From Bugula neritina (lineage: Eukaryota; Animalia; Bryozoa): a stretch of DNA of 64,000 bases. Positions 38,423 to 52,100 of this stretch are shown in pieces; position 1 is the stretch's first letter, and every line of letters begins with the position of its first letter. The translations under genes were made by a program, and so were the position numbers. Under the pieces are notes generated by a model, which saw nothing but the letters and a program-made list of their open reading frames with translations, had not been told where the DNA came from and made no database searches. The DNA is taken from positions 5,998,889 to 6,062,888 of the forward strand of contig OZ037772.1 of the NCBI GenBank assembly GCA_964035545.1, given 5' to 3'.

Positions 38423-41400
38423 TCAGACATCTGTTTTACAGGTTATATAAGCACGTGTCTCATGGTGTGTATATTTGCCTGGGCTCTGCTGTATAAGGGG
38501 GTCACTGATAATAGTATACACTCCTGCAGAGCCGAGGTTGACCCCACTTGGCAGCACCACTGTCGTAGGCTCACCTGCAATACAGTCTAGACTCTAAAAG
38601 AAACTGACTATTGCCTTGTGTATTATGACATAGTCAAGGCAATTACAAGTTTTCGCACATGTTTGGAGTTGTCCATTCCATAAGCCAAACCAAAAATCTA
38701 TTCATTAATTGTTTTGCGTTTGACAGGTGATCATCCTGTATCCCCATTATAGCAGAGTATTTCATATTTAAACATATTGTTTAATATTTTCCACACCTAC
38801 ATGTTACAGGGGTATGATTCTGTTTGGTGACGTTATAATTGTTGAATATGTTAATTAGAAAATATAACATTTACCTTATCAAACGTTGAATTTATAAATA
38901 ATTCACAGCTGATTTGAACAAGATTTTTAATTAGATGTAAAACATGCTCATTTTAAAATTTTACAAAGTTTCAAAGGTACGATGTGGTCAAACATTAGTT
39001 AATAGAAAACAAAGTATAATCAAAGAAACCATGTTTAGTAACAAAAGTGCAAGTGAATGATAAATGACTCATTGCAGTGATTTGAGATGATTTTCACTTC
39101 GGAAGATAATAAAGAAACTCTACCTTCAACAACAGGTTGAGAGGTTCAGCTTCAATCATGAGCTTCTTGGGATTTAAGTGCATCAGCAGATAAAAACAAC
39201 ATTATTCAGTCTCTCTTTATTCACTAATCACATTTAAAATGAGCGTATTTCGGCTTAATTACTGTCTAATGAGCTATTAGCTAATAAACAATGTTTTAGA
39301 ATCATATTTATTGCTCAACTCACATGCGATGTGACTCTCTACTTCATCTTTCCCAGGTTTCCTGGTGCCTCCCAGCCAGATTTTGGTTGTTGACTTCTCT
39401 TTTCTAAAGAACATAGTCTGAGTGCAAAGATAAGTGGTGATTTGAATCCAATCTCTCTAATTATTACTAAGTATTTGATGAAAGTAATTACAAGGGTACA
39501 TAGGTATCAGTTTGAGACAAGACAAGAATTTGAGGTTTTCTTTCAAGAAACTTAAATAATTCTGCTGCATGTAGCTATATACTTAGAAGCGTAACAACTT
39601 AGTATAAAAAAGTCTAATGCAATAGCAATTAAACTTTTAGATTACGGAGACAGACAAAGGAAAATACATAACCTTTATCTATATAGCGTGAATTTAAAAA
39701 TACAGAAAATGTTCTGGTCACGAGTTGAAAAAATTTGCTAAAAGCAGCCCTGAGTTGGGGTTTGGGGCTTAGGTTGAAACTTGGAACCCCCAACTCTAAT
39801 CTCGAGTTACCAAACTACTGCACTCAGTCACCCCAAACTCTGAGCTGCCTATAAAACCATTCAACGTTCTAAGTTTTAAGCAACTAGTAGCATGAAATCC
39901 TAAAAAGCATACATTAAAGTGGGGTTAACAACTGTGACCCGCTGTAAACTCACTGTGCTGTAGCTTCTTCAGCTATCTCTTCTTCAGAGCTGCTGCACTC
40001 ATCTGTTTCATCAATAGGCTCTGGGTTGGAATACGACTGTCCCCAGTTCCTGCCTCCACCATGCTACAGTATATTAGATATGTTAGGCTGTAACCACGGC
40101 AACCCATGTGATTGTGGTAACCACAGCAACTATGTACACTGGTCACTGTCCAGCCAATCAATCACTGTGAGTCTGAATTATGAGTCTGGGCAAACTTTTT
40201 ACTGACCTGAAGCTCTATAAACTGACAACATATATCACCTTCCCAGACGCCAGATTAACCTAAATAATCTTAAGCTAATTAAACCTTCTTTGTTGATAGG
40301 TTCATGGTTGGTGGATAACAGCGTAGATAATGGAAGAAAACGTTAGACAATAGTAATAAATGTAGCATAATGTAGCCTTTTTATTATCATATTTTACAGC
40401 TATTAATTATCAGTATGATATTATAATACTTGTTGGTCTTACAATATCATGGCGATTCATTTTATTTGCATAAATGTATCAGTATTTGTTTTATTAATTT
40501 AATGTTGTATAATCAAACTTGGATAGCATATTGACACGTTAATAATATAATTTATATATATTACTTAATTTATATTACTTAGTATGTATTACTTAGTATA
40601 TTATGTTACTTCATATATTTACTCAATAACATGAGTTATAGATCTAGCTTTTGTACTGTTAGTCCCAGTCCACAGTCACAACTATTAGTCACAGTTGATA
40701 GTCACAGTTATTAGTCATAACTGCTAGTCACAGCTAATAGTTACATCTGTTAATCACGCAGGTATTAGTCAAAGTTATTAGTCATAGTTGTTAGTCATAG
40801 TTATAAGTCATAGTTATTAGTCATAGTTATTAGTTATACGGCTAGTCAGTCGCATCAACACTTACATGTACATGATTGTCAGTAGAGTTGGAGAGAGAAG
40901 ACTTGGCTCTCCTTAGAGAAGGTCCAGTATGGGACGACTCCTCACTGTTAGATCCAGATTTGAGACACGGCAACACATACACTCTCAGAGATTTCCTACA
41001 GATTCATACAGAAATAGTTTTTAATTAGACAGCTTTCTACAGTTGAAAATTCTCTATAAAACATAATTTCATAGTAATATATGAATCTTGAAGAAGCAGC
41101 CGTGATCTTAGGGTTAGATTGGTGATGCCAAGAAGAGCATCCAGTCACAATTGCTCCTGTGCCTCATCTAAAAAAGTCTTTATAGCTCGATTTAACAAAA
41201 ACCCCTTCCATCAGGGGTTTCTCACAGGGATAGCGACTATAAACTTGTGTGAGTTTTATATGTATCTTGTAGCTTTAGAAATAAATAGTAACACAATAAA
41301 GGTAATAATAGTATATACTGTAGCTCTTCATCATAGAATGCCTTATCAGCAGTAACTTGTGGCAAAAACATAATATCATAATATTATATATCCTATACGT

Positions 41401-43111
41401 TATGTAGTATTGTGATATAGAGTGCAACTAATTATTTCAATATAATGCAACTAATAAATATAATATTATTATAATATAATAATATGATTAATCATATATA
41501 TGTTGAAAGTATTTCAAACAAGTTTCCAACCCCCATTATTCTTTTTTCCTTTCTGCGTCAAGTACAATGTGTTGGATACTATCCTAAGCTATATATATAC
41601 AAGAGTGTTTATGTCGGCAGCAGTAAGCTGGAGTTGTCTCACCTGAAGCCATCGGCAGCGACTACATATACGACAAAGTTGATGCTGGCATTTATGATGA
41701 CGAAGTCGTAGGCTATTATACTGAAGGTGGGTGCAAAAGGACTGTTTACTCTCCATAGGATCTGGAGAATCATGTCTGGAATCTACCAGAATAATAAAAA
41801 AACAATAACTATATATACAATAATATTCAGCATTATTATTAAACAATGACAATAGCTAACAATAACTTAGATGAGCATTAGCAATAAACATCAATAATAA
41901 ACATAATAAGCATTATTGATAAATAATACCAATCAACAATAACAATAAACAATAACAATAAACAATAACAATAAACAAAAGAAGTAACAGAAGATGTTAT
42001 AAATAACATAAAGCAAGTATATTATTATTAATAAATGAAAAAATGAACAATTATACAATTAATTTTTAAGGAGTGAAATAATGTTGTGAAGTTTCATCTC
42101 AAAGCTGGCGTTGGATTGGCTAATGTTTGCATTAGAAAATAAATTAGATACTTCAATGTGTGGTTTAAACCAATTTGGAAAAATTAGATGATGCCTCTTG
42201 CGAAAAGCTTTTGCTACTTATATTTTGTAGAATTAGTTTTTGCAAAACTTCAGTGTGCTGATTAGAAATCTCAACTTTTAAATGACAAGAAAAGATCAAT
42301 GGTTTAGCATAAAATTAATAAACTAATGAAATAATATTATTTGTCACAAAATTTAGGATTTCGTGAGCAGCGGTGGCCTAGTAAAAGGTCATGGGTTCAA
42401 ATCTATACGGGCTTATTCTTGGTAAATTAGAACTAGCCTCTGATCACGAATTGCTACTGTGTTGCAAGCAGAAGCCCCCAAACCACGTTGCTCTCATTTT
42501 AAGGGGCTCAGTCTTTAGTCTGCCTAAAAATTCTTACCACCAAGAGTTCTTGCAGAGATGGTGATTTTAAGCAGATGTAAAAAACATTTTGATGGCCTGG
42601 TTATTAGAGATGTTCTCTGTAACTATGTATTATACTTGGGAACCTTAATTAGAAAAATTCTATGCAAGTGATACAACATATGTATTACATAGAATGCAAC
42701 ATATTAAACACTAATAGCTATCCTAAGATCTCTAAAGTTTTGCCAACTAAAAGAATATATTTAAAACCTTTTATTCCTTTTATTAGACATAATTCTAACC
42801 ACTAAACCACAGCTGCTTTTCAACCAACAGAGTAACAGGTTTCATGGATTAATTATCAGGAAACGCTTCACTCACCTGACAAACAAGAAATATCGTCACG
42901 ACACCAACCAAGGACGGGAGAATCTTGTCGGATCCTTTCAGTTTGGTAACTTTCTGCTTTTCTCCTGGTACGGTCTGTAGAGACAAATGTAACGCTGTGT
43001 TACAGTATCATATAAATAGTGAGTGATTGCAATATGTTATATATTGCAATTTTTATTGTATTGTATTTTATTTGTTATATAATATACAATATTATATACT
43101 ATCATTTACTT

Positions 43112-43175
<64 letters not shown>

Positions 43176-46100
43176 AAGTAAATGATATAGTATATTATGT
43201 TTTGTAATATATTATATATTATATTATTATACCTTATTCTATATATTCTACATTATATAATCATGCATTGTATGCTACATTAAATATTGTATATTACATA
43301 TCACATATTATATTATACATTATTATCATATTAATTATAACAAGCATATAGACAGGTACTGTATATCCCAAAATCAAAACATTTACTTTATATACACTTA
43401 CTGTCCCATCATTTGAGACATTTCAACACTAGAGGTGGTCGGGAGGGGTTTGGTTGGGTCAGAGGTGACAAGTTATACAAACATGTATAAATGATTGCAT
43501 AATTATGCAGATATTAATAAATGGTTATATAATATTGACTTGGTTAAACATGTGTCTAGATTATTTCATTATAATTCAACAGCTAATAATTAATGATTAT
43601 CTTATTATGACTGCTGCAGATCCACTTTGTCCAAACAAGAGAACTATTCAGGGCTTTATAGGAATAAGGTTTTAATCTTGTGTTGCATTACACACTGCAC
43701 ACCCCCATTCATCATATTTATTCCTTGCTTGTTAAACATTGAATCATTGTGTGTTTCACTTTATGTACACAAATCATGATGATTCTTTTCTTCATTATTC
43801 ATTAGCAATTAGTCATTGTAATCTTCCCCGATCATCCGATAGAGTCCGTTAATAAAGTCTTGACACAGAATCAGGACTGAATGGATGTAATTTTCAGTAG
43901 TGACAACTTGATAAATGAATCATTTATTTATTTTTTTATTTATTTCCAATTGAAAAACAGCTTTTCTCTTATTTCCTTTTTTCAGCACATATAAGCAACA
44001 GCTAGGGTGATAAATCAAGGTTCCTTTTTACGATTTTTCGGAACTCTCTGGAAATTCTTAGAAATGAACATACAGAAACAATATATTATTATTGCCACCA
44101 TTAGAGTCATAATTCTTATACTGAACAGAGATAATTTATTCTATACGAATTAAATCACGGAAGTACTGTTACCAACTTTATAATAATAATTAGGTATACA
44201 ATATATTAGGAGTAAAGCCTCAGTGAAGGAAAACCAAGCTGGCATCTTAAAGTAAAATATTAAACTTTCTAAGAAAATATGCTGTTTTACCTAATGGATA
44301 AAATAAAAAATTATTTTTTTAAAATTTGCTAAAATTTTGCAATTGGATGTGAAAATTAGTGTTATGTGAAAAGATGAAACCATTCTCTCTCAGTGAGCAT
44401 ATTTAATATTTAAAAGTGCTTTAGCTACAAACTCACGCTCATGCAAGTTTGTAGTTACTACCCCAATGAGAAGCCCTGATAGAACTGCTTTTAAACTGGG
44501 CTAAGGAATGATTCATATGTGGAACAGGAGGAATTAGGACTCAATGGTTTTTTTAACATCACCTGTGGCTTTTACTGCAGTTCGAGCTTTAGGGTCACCA
44601 AGTCTTCTTGACCAAAACACCATTAATGAACTCTTGTTTTATTTCTTTAAAATCTCAATGTATATTGTTGATACTTTTGAGTTGAAGTACAATTCATGGT
44701 AGCTTGTTTTGGGCAGTTTTGTATACATTAATGTAACACAGCTAATTACTACACATGGAACAGATAGTGGACTCAAAATGCTTCAAAATTTAAAATATAT
44801 AATTTTATATAAACTGTAGACGAGAGTGTGCATGATTTCATATTAAAGTTTCTGGTAGCTAGCAATATTTTCAACATCCTGTTTTGGTTTTTATAGTGGA
44901 AGCAGAATACAATCATGCACAAAGTAATTATGACTCATAATATTGGGAAATGTCACTAAATATATTCTATTATAAAAAGTGCCAACATAAAATATAAATT
45001 AATACTAAAACTGTCTACTGAAATAATAGATTAATTGTATCATATTTGTCAGATATATAGTTGTGTAATATCAGCATACAAATACTGTGCAGTGAAGTGT
45101 GGCATTGCGCAATAAAGATTAATTACTGGTATTCAATAAGTTGAATGTACTCAATATTGTGACATTGCTTCTATATATAGTAGCTATACGCAGCGATGAT
45201 GTAGCAGTTGCCATTCATCATCTAGCATACAGTTCTTACAGAAAGAATTTTTTCTTTAGAAACTTCAAAAACCACTCGATGAATTTAAACTAATAAATCT
45301 TTTGTATTAGAGTAGTTTATAGTATTTTATTGTTTTAGGTTAAATTATATTGCACTAGCATTTTTTGACTATTTTTATCTTTCCATGTTAGAGAATATAT
45401 TTTGATGTACAACGCTATAACCCTTAGATCACAGCCATTTCCTAAATTATTATAGTTCAACTGGATTGGTACCAGTTTACTTCAAAAACTTAAAACTATC
45501 CTTTCTCCTAAACATGAAGCAAAGTTTTGAATTTTGCTTCTAGCAACTTTTTGCAGGGTTTCATACAACCATATACACACAAGTAAAAGGGTTTTGTAGA
45601 AGATTTACTGTAGACACAAGTAACAGGGTTTTGTAGAAGATTTACAGTAGACACAAGTAAAAGGGTTTTGTAGAAGATTTACAGTAGACACAAACAATAT
45701 GGGATAAGAATTCAACGTAAAAGTAATATCACTAGAATTTAATTCTTATTTATGCTTCAGACTTTTACTTTTTTGTGTTTAGTATTTAACCTCTGTGCAA
45801 AAACTAAACCAATATTAATTGTTTAAATGCAACTTTTTGCATAATCAGATTGCCATTAGAATATAAAAATAATTATTTTGACGCAGAAATAACTGCTATT
45901 TACTGTAGGACTAATTTTGATTTATAGCTTTTTTAGTTCATAAATAATTAACTTTTACTCGAAACCATTAAAAAAATTAATAGTCTCCAGGTTAGAGAAA
46001 CCTGAAATATTTGTCAACATTAAAAAGTCTAACTTTTTAATTTAAAAAAGATTTATTATACGTGCCTGTAAATACTTCAATCATAATAAAAACCGAGGTC

Positions 46101-49100
46101 TATTTAGTCTCCATCCCTGTGGGAACCTCTGATTAAAGAATCCCAGACACACACTTCATTTAAGCAATAATAAAACATTCATATCTACAATCTTAGCTAT
46201 CACCTACAGCCTGGTTGAGGGTTGTATGCTAGAATAATTTCGCTTTATTGTGAAAAATAATTGCCCTCACTTGGATTCGAACCTGAGACCTTCGGCTTGC
46301 AAGCAGGGAGGGGGGGGGGGCGGAGCTAACCGTTGCACCAGGGATAATCATAACACAACATTGTAAAGTACATCCTGAAATAATTTGGGAGTTCTGATCA
46401 CATACTGATTATGTATTTAGTAGGTGCTGAAGTCTGTAGTATTATAAAATAATAGTATAATATAATTGCTGACTTTGATCACGTGCTATTCTTAGCTGCT
46501 GCAACACACAGCCTAATCACTGAGCTGTTTTAAAAGTTCAAAAATGAAACATTCAAGCCCGCCCAGCAATTTCACAACTAGACCATGGCTGCTCTGCTTA
46601 CTAACGCTACTTACCAATGAGTTCAGTTTCTTAATGAGTTTGCCATTGAAGAAGAGAAGTGAACCCAGAGGCAGGGCGTACATCACGGTCATGTACATTC
46701 CAAACGCGTAGGAATACTTGTATATCTCGTTGGCGCCGAGGGAGTTTGCGGGTGTGAGGAAGTAGCCGGTACACGGGTCTATGGCCTTCTTAGCCACCTG
46801 AAACAGGATATTCGTAGTGAGTGGGAGTCATGAGACCAAGCTCTGGCACAACCAAAATCATAATCTTTGTCTCAATTCCAAATTTTCCTCCAACCAAGAA
46901 ATTAACTTCATAAACTTTTCAAACTGTTATCTTATTCATATTGAGTTTAATCATTTTGATTCCAAGATAGTTACTTCCAGAACCGCTGACTTTTAAAGTC
47001 AAAAGTTGACCCACATTGGTTTTAGTAATTAGGTTCCTGCAGGATAAACAAAACAATTGATTAATTACAACTTTCAAGGCACCATCTTAAAACTTTTTAT
47101 CATGTTTGTTCACAATAATAAAAACAAAACAATTGAAAATAACATTAAAGTTTAATTGAATTATCGACAGCAGCTAACAACAGGTGAAAATATATATTGC
47201 AAGAGCAAGTATAATATGGCGAGTCTAACAACCATTTACCATTAAATTCAGGTTTGGAAAAAAATTACCTGCATGATAAAAAAGCTAACCTATTGTTTAA
47301 GTTGTCTATACATCAGTTAGCTATATAAGTGTTTTTTAGATACTCAAATCATGTTTTAATCAACTGTCTTTTATTTTACAGCCTGACCCACACATTTATG
47401 TTATACTATATAATGAGTTTCAGTCTGATACTAAAATACCGGATGCCATATAGCATGTACTGTAATGCTTTCTAGCAATTGTCTTACCTGCAAAATTTTG
47501 TAGTACTCAAAAAACCTTGGAATATTATATACTACTGATACAATTACTATTCCAAGCACGACTTTGTTGGCAATCTTTATCCGACACCATTTCATAGCTT
47601 TCAGTGGGTGACACACATGGATGTACCTAAACATAGATCGACAGTCTTGTGCATACATGTGACACACATGTGACTTATTGCAACACATGTGACTTATATG
47701 TGACTTATGTGACACATGTGACTCATATTATTCGTGACATATATAAAGAGCTAGGGACTACTGATTTAGTAAACACGATGTCATGGGTTCGAACCCCAAC
47801 AAAGACCATTGGTGATGTTAAAAAGAGCGTCCAGTCATATTTTCTCCTGTGCCACATCTCAATAAATCCTTAGCCGCTTTAAAAGAAACCCTTTTCCATC
47901 AGGGGTCTCTCACAAATGACTCATATCCTACATGTGACTCATATACGCGAAACTTATTATTATATAAAGATCAGAAAAAGAGATTAATTCTTAAACTTAA
48001 ACTACATTTACAAGAGCAGTGGTGGAGAAATTTTATCATCTAAATTTCTTTAGTAAATGTTGGTTTGAGGCCTCCTGTGAAAAGATAAATTCTAGAACAC
48101 AGTCATTTCTTAATTTCTCCATTAATTAGTAATCAAAATAAATATATAACTTCTGCAATACAGATACTTGCAGTCTTTGAACCAAATCGAATCATAAAAC
48201 ACTCAACATATTTACATGCCTATATATAACATGTAAATACAAATTGTAAGTGTGCTATTGACTTATTGTGTGGCAGAAACTTGAAATAACCAGCTGGTAA
48301 ATACAAAGGGAAGACAACTTTCCAAGGAAATATTCTATAGCCAGTTAATTTAAGAAACTAGTATCGGCTATAAAGAGGTTAAAGTAATTAATATACTAAT
48401 ACTTCATGCACACCTGCCCTACCTACACCGTAACAGCAAATATCAGCCATTTTTACAAATGTCTGAGCTTCCTGTACGGCGTTGCTGTACAATATGATCA
48501 AGCGCTGCTTGATTCAAATAAGTTGCGGTGGGCTCCTATTGGGCAGAAAAACTTTTGTGTCAACTAATTGGATATAATTGTCCAATGAAGTCTCATAGAG
48601 TGTACCTAATAGCGGACTTTGAAAACTTCAACCTAGACACATTAAAAATGGCCGATATTTTACGTTACAGCCTACGGTACGGCAAGTGTGAATGAGGGGA
48701 TAATAGCAATGCTTATGTCAAGATATATTGGTCATATTCTTCTTGCTGTTTTGACACAGTGCTAGCTAATAACATATTTAAAGATTCTAACAGGAAATGG
48801 GAATTTACTCAAACTTGAGTTTTACCCTATTTCTATAAGATGAGCAGGCCACGCATGAGTTAATGCTTAGTTAGGGGTTATTAACTAGATTTAATATCTG
48901 CTACAATACCAAGCTAAGAGGTAAGAGTTGAGAATAAGAAACTAACCCCCTGCTCACACATTGCCGTATCGTTACAACGTAATGTAAAATATCAGCCATC
49001 TTTAATGTGTATGGGCTGAAGTTTACAAAGTCCGCTATTAGGTAATATATAAGACATTTCACTGGACAGTTTTTTCCAATGAGCTGACGCAAAAGTTTTT

Positions 49101-52100
49101 TTGTCCAATAGGAACCCGCCGCAACTAGTTTGAATCAAGCAGTGCTTAATCCTAACGTACCGTAGCACCGTACAGGAAGCTCAGACATTTGTAAAAATGT
49201 CTGCTATTTTACGTTACGGCAATGTGTGAACAGGAGGTTAGTCATCGAAATACTGTTTGAGTATTTCTTGAGATAGGAGTATGAGACTAACCTGTCCAAA
49301 GCTACGGCAACCACAGTCCACGTGGAGAAACTCTGGCAGATGTAGCTTATTGGCAGAACGCCAATAGTGAGTTTGCCGGCGGTCATGTGATCAACCCAAC
49401 TCTTGGGGAATACTAAAGTGTAGGCGTATCTAAAAATAGAACAAACTGGTTTTAGTTGACTATATGGATGTGTTGCACACTGGGGTTAGAGCATTGTCCT
49501 AATAGAGCAAGCTCAAGGGTCCGAACCCCTGGTAGGGCTATTGGCGATGTTAGGAAAAACTTTTGGTTATTACTGCTCTCGTTTACTACAATATAACAAG
49601 CCTTAATGCCTCCTCCAAAACCCTTACTATCAAGGATGGGTTCTTATAAAAATGAAGACCTTAAAAACAATACCAGAGTTTATAAAATTTTTGTTCAACT
49701 CTGGAGTAGATTATCTGTTTATTACATCATTATAAAAGGATTATTTATGCAAAATATTTGTTTTTGTGCTATATACATTTACACATGCAAGACTATCCAT
49801 CTTATAACCATGCAAACAATATATTTAGCTTACACATTAAATGCCATGTTTATATAGAAATTTGTTAAACTCAGTGTTTGATTTTAGTTTACAGCAAACA
49901 ATATAATAATTGACAATTAGAGCTATTTTTTTCGTTGATATTACTACTCTATACTACAATTACTATATATATATCATATACTACTCTATACTATATACTA
50001 CTCTATATTACTCTATATTACTTACTATATACTATAATACTTGCTCCATATACTATAACTTACTATATATACTGCTTACTCTATACTACTTACTGAAAAA
50101 CATGTTTACTCCGTTTTATCATAATGTGTACTCTCATAAGCATGCTATTTTGATTTAAAGTAAATGCAGTTAGAGACATGTGTAAGCTCTCTTTTAGCTG
50201 TTTAAGAAATTTAAGCAGGAGAATGTTTTTAATGTTGAACAGATTCATTAACTTTCATAGTTTTTTACTATCACACGGTGAATTTACCTTGTATAGCACC
50301 TGTGGAAGTTAATGATGAGCACAATTATAGTGAAATAATAAATTAATAAGAATATAAATCATTGCCTTTCGTGAAATTCAAGTTTTTTACCTAGTCATGT
50401 CAGACGAGTATCACAAACATGTGAATATATCATAAATACTTGTCGTTATAAATAACGATATAAATATCTCTTAATGACGGCATATTTCATTGATGGATCT
50501 TGAAGTTATGCAGAGATTTATGTTTGCTTCATGAGGTTCTAGAGTTCACTTATATTGACACTCACTACTTTTTGCTCTTTAGATGTCAAGGGCTTATCCA
50601 AAGTGTCTAATTTAATGAGTCAAATTGAGAAATTTATTATAACCAGTCAATGCAGCATTTATTTCTCTGTAAGCATGTGATAAAAGTTGAACTTTTTGAC
50701 TATATTACGAAAGATACATTTTTTTGAATACGTTATTAAAAGCTGCAGCAGTTGTGTAGTGGTTAGAGTGTTGACCTAGTAAACACGAGCTCAGTGGTTC
50801 TAGTCCAAACACCCGCGGGATGTAAGAAAGAGCATCCGGTCATAATGGCCCGTAATTTACATATGAACAAGTCCTTGAAACAAAAACATTTAAAAAAAAA
50901 CCATTCTATCAGGGGTTCTCACAGGGGTGAGATTTTGTTTATTTATAACTATAGTCATTTCCACCAAATTTAGTAGCTTTGTAAAGATTTGGAAGTTTAA
51001 GACTTAAAAATTTCAAACTATTCTAGGTATAATTTTGAGTGGATGTATAATAATATATCTTACTATAGGTTACTCATGACCTATGCCCTCTTTTACTGTG
51101 CTACGAATAGTCTTTATAAAACTTTTGACTGTAAAGTTCTAATCTATTCTCCCCAAATGCTTGTGACAGTTGTGAAGATACCAAATAAATTAAACTTATT
51201 GAAAAATAAGTTTAATGTGCTTAAAAATAGCTCTGACACCTATACATAGAAATGCTTTTTTGACAAATTTGAGACCTTGCAATAAAATTATTCAACCCAA
51301 AAAAGGTTAAATAAATTTTACTTCAAGAATGATTGTATAGTTTTGAAAGTGTCAATAGAGGGGTTTCAGACATCCCTCCAGAGGAATTTGTATTTTAAAG
51401 TTGTCTCCCCCTACAGGTATTGGGGGCAGTCTCCATGATATATAGAAGGCCCATAAAATAAGTAGAGATGTATGGTTTGAGTGAAGACTACTACTAGTAT
51501 AAGTTTCATTTTTTCTGAGATTATTATTTTGGCATAGGTACACATATGAGCAGTTTCAGAATTTTTTTAAAAAAATTTGTTAATGATAAATGGCACAGAA
51601 AGAAAACTTCAAAGCATATTTGTGGTTTTAGTTATTGAGCAAATCTGAAGCTGGCAGCTGTCATTATTATTTGCTTTGCTGACTGTAACCAGTCTGGTTA
51701 GAGCTGCTAACCTTTCAACTCTTAGAACAATAATAACATGCTCGTACACTATATAGCTGCACTAGTGGGCTCTGTCTTACTGAACTCCAAATGCTCCAAA
51801 TTATGGGTTGGAACACATGCCTGTACGTTTATGAAGGCACTGGCTCATTTGTATTAACATGTTCACGTACTTACACACCTACACTATGAAAATAACTAAG
51901 CCACCCTACTATCTAATATTTCTATATATCAAAAAAATTATTATAAATATAAAGATATGTATTAAAATAGATAGATTAAATTTGTAATTTCAAACAACAT
52001 CTTATCTAAAAATGCCAAACACTGTATAACTATATATATTTTTTAAAAGCATTTGTTTACATGGCATGCCTGCAAGTCAATGAAAATATTTAGAGAACAG

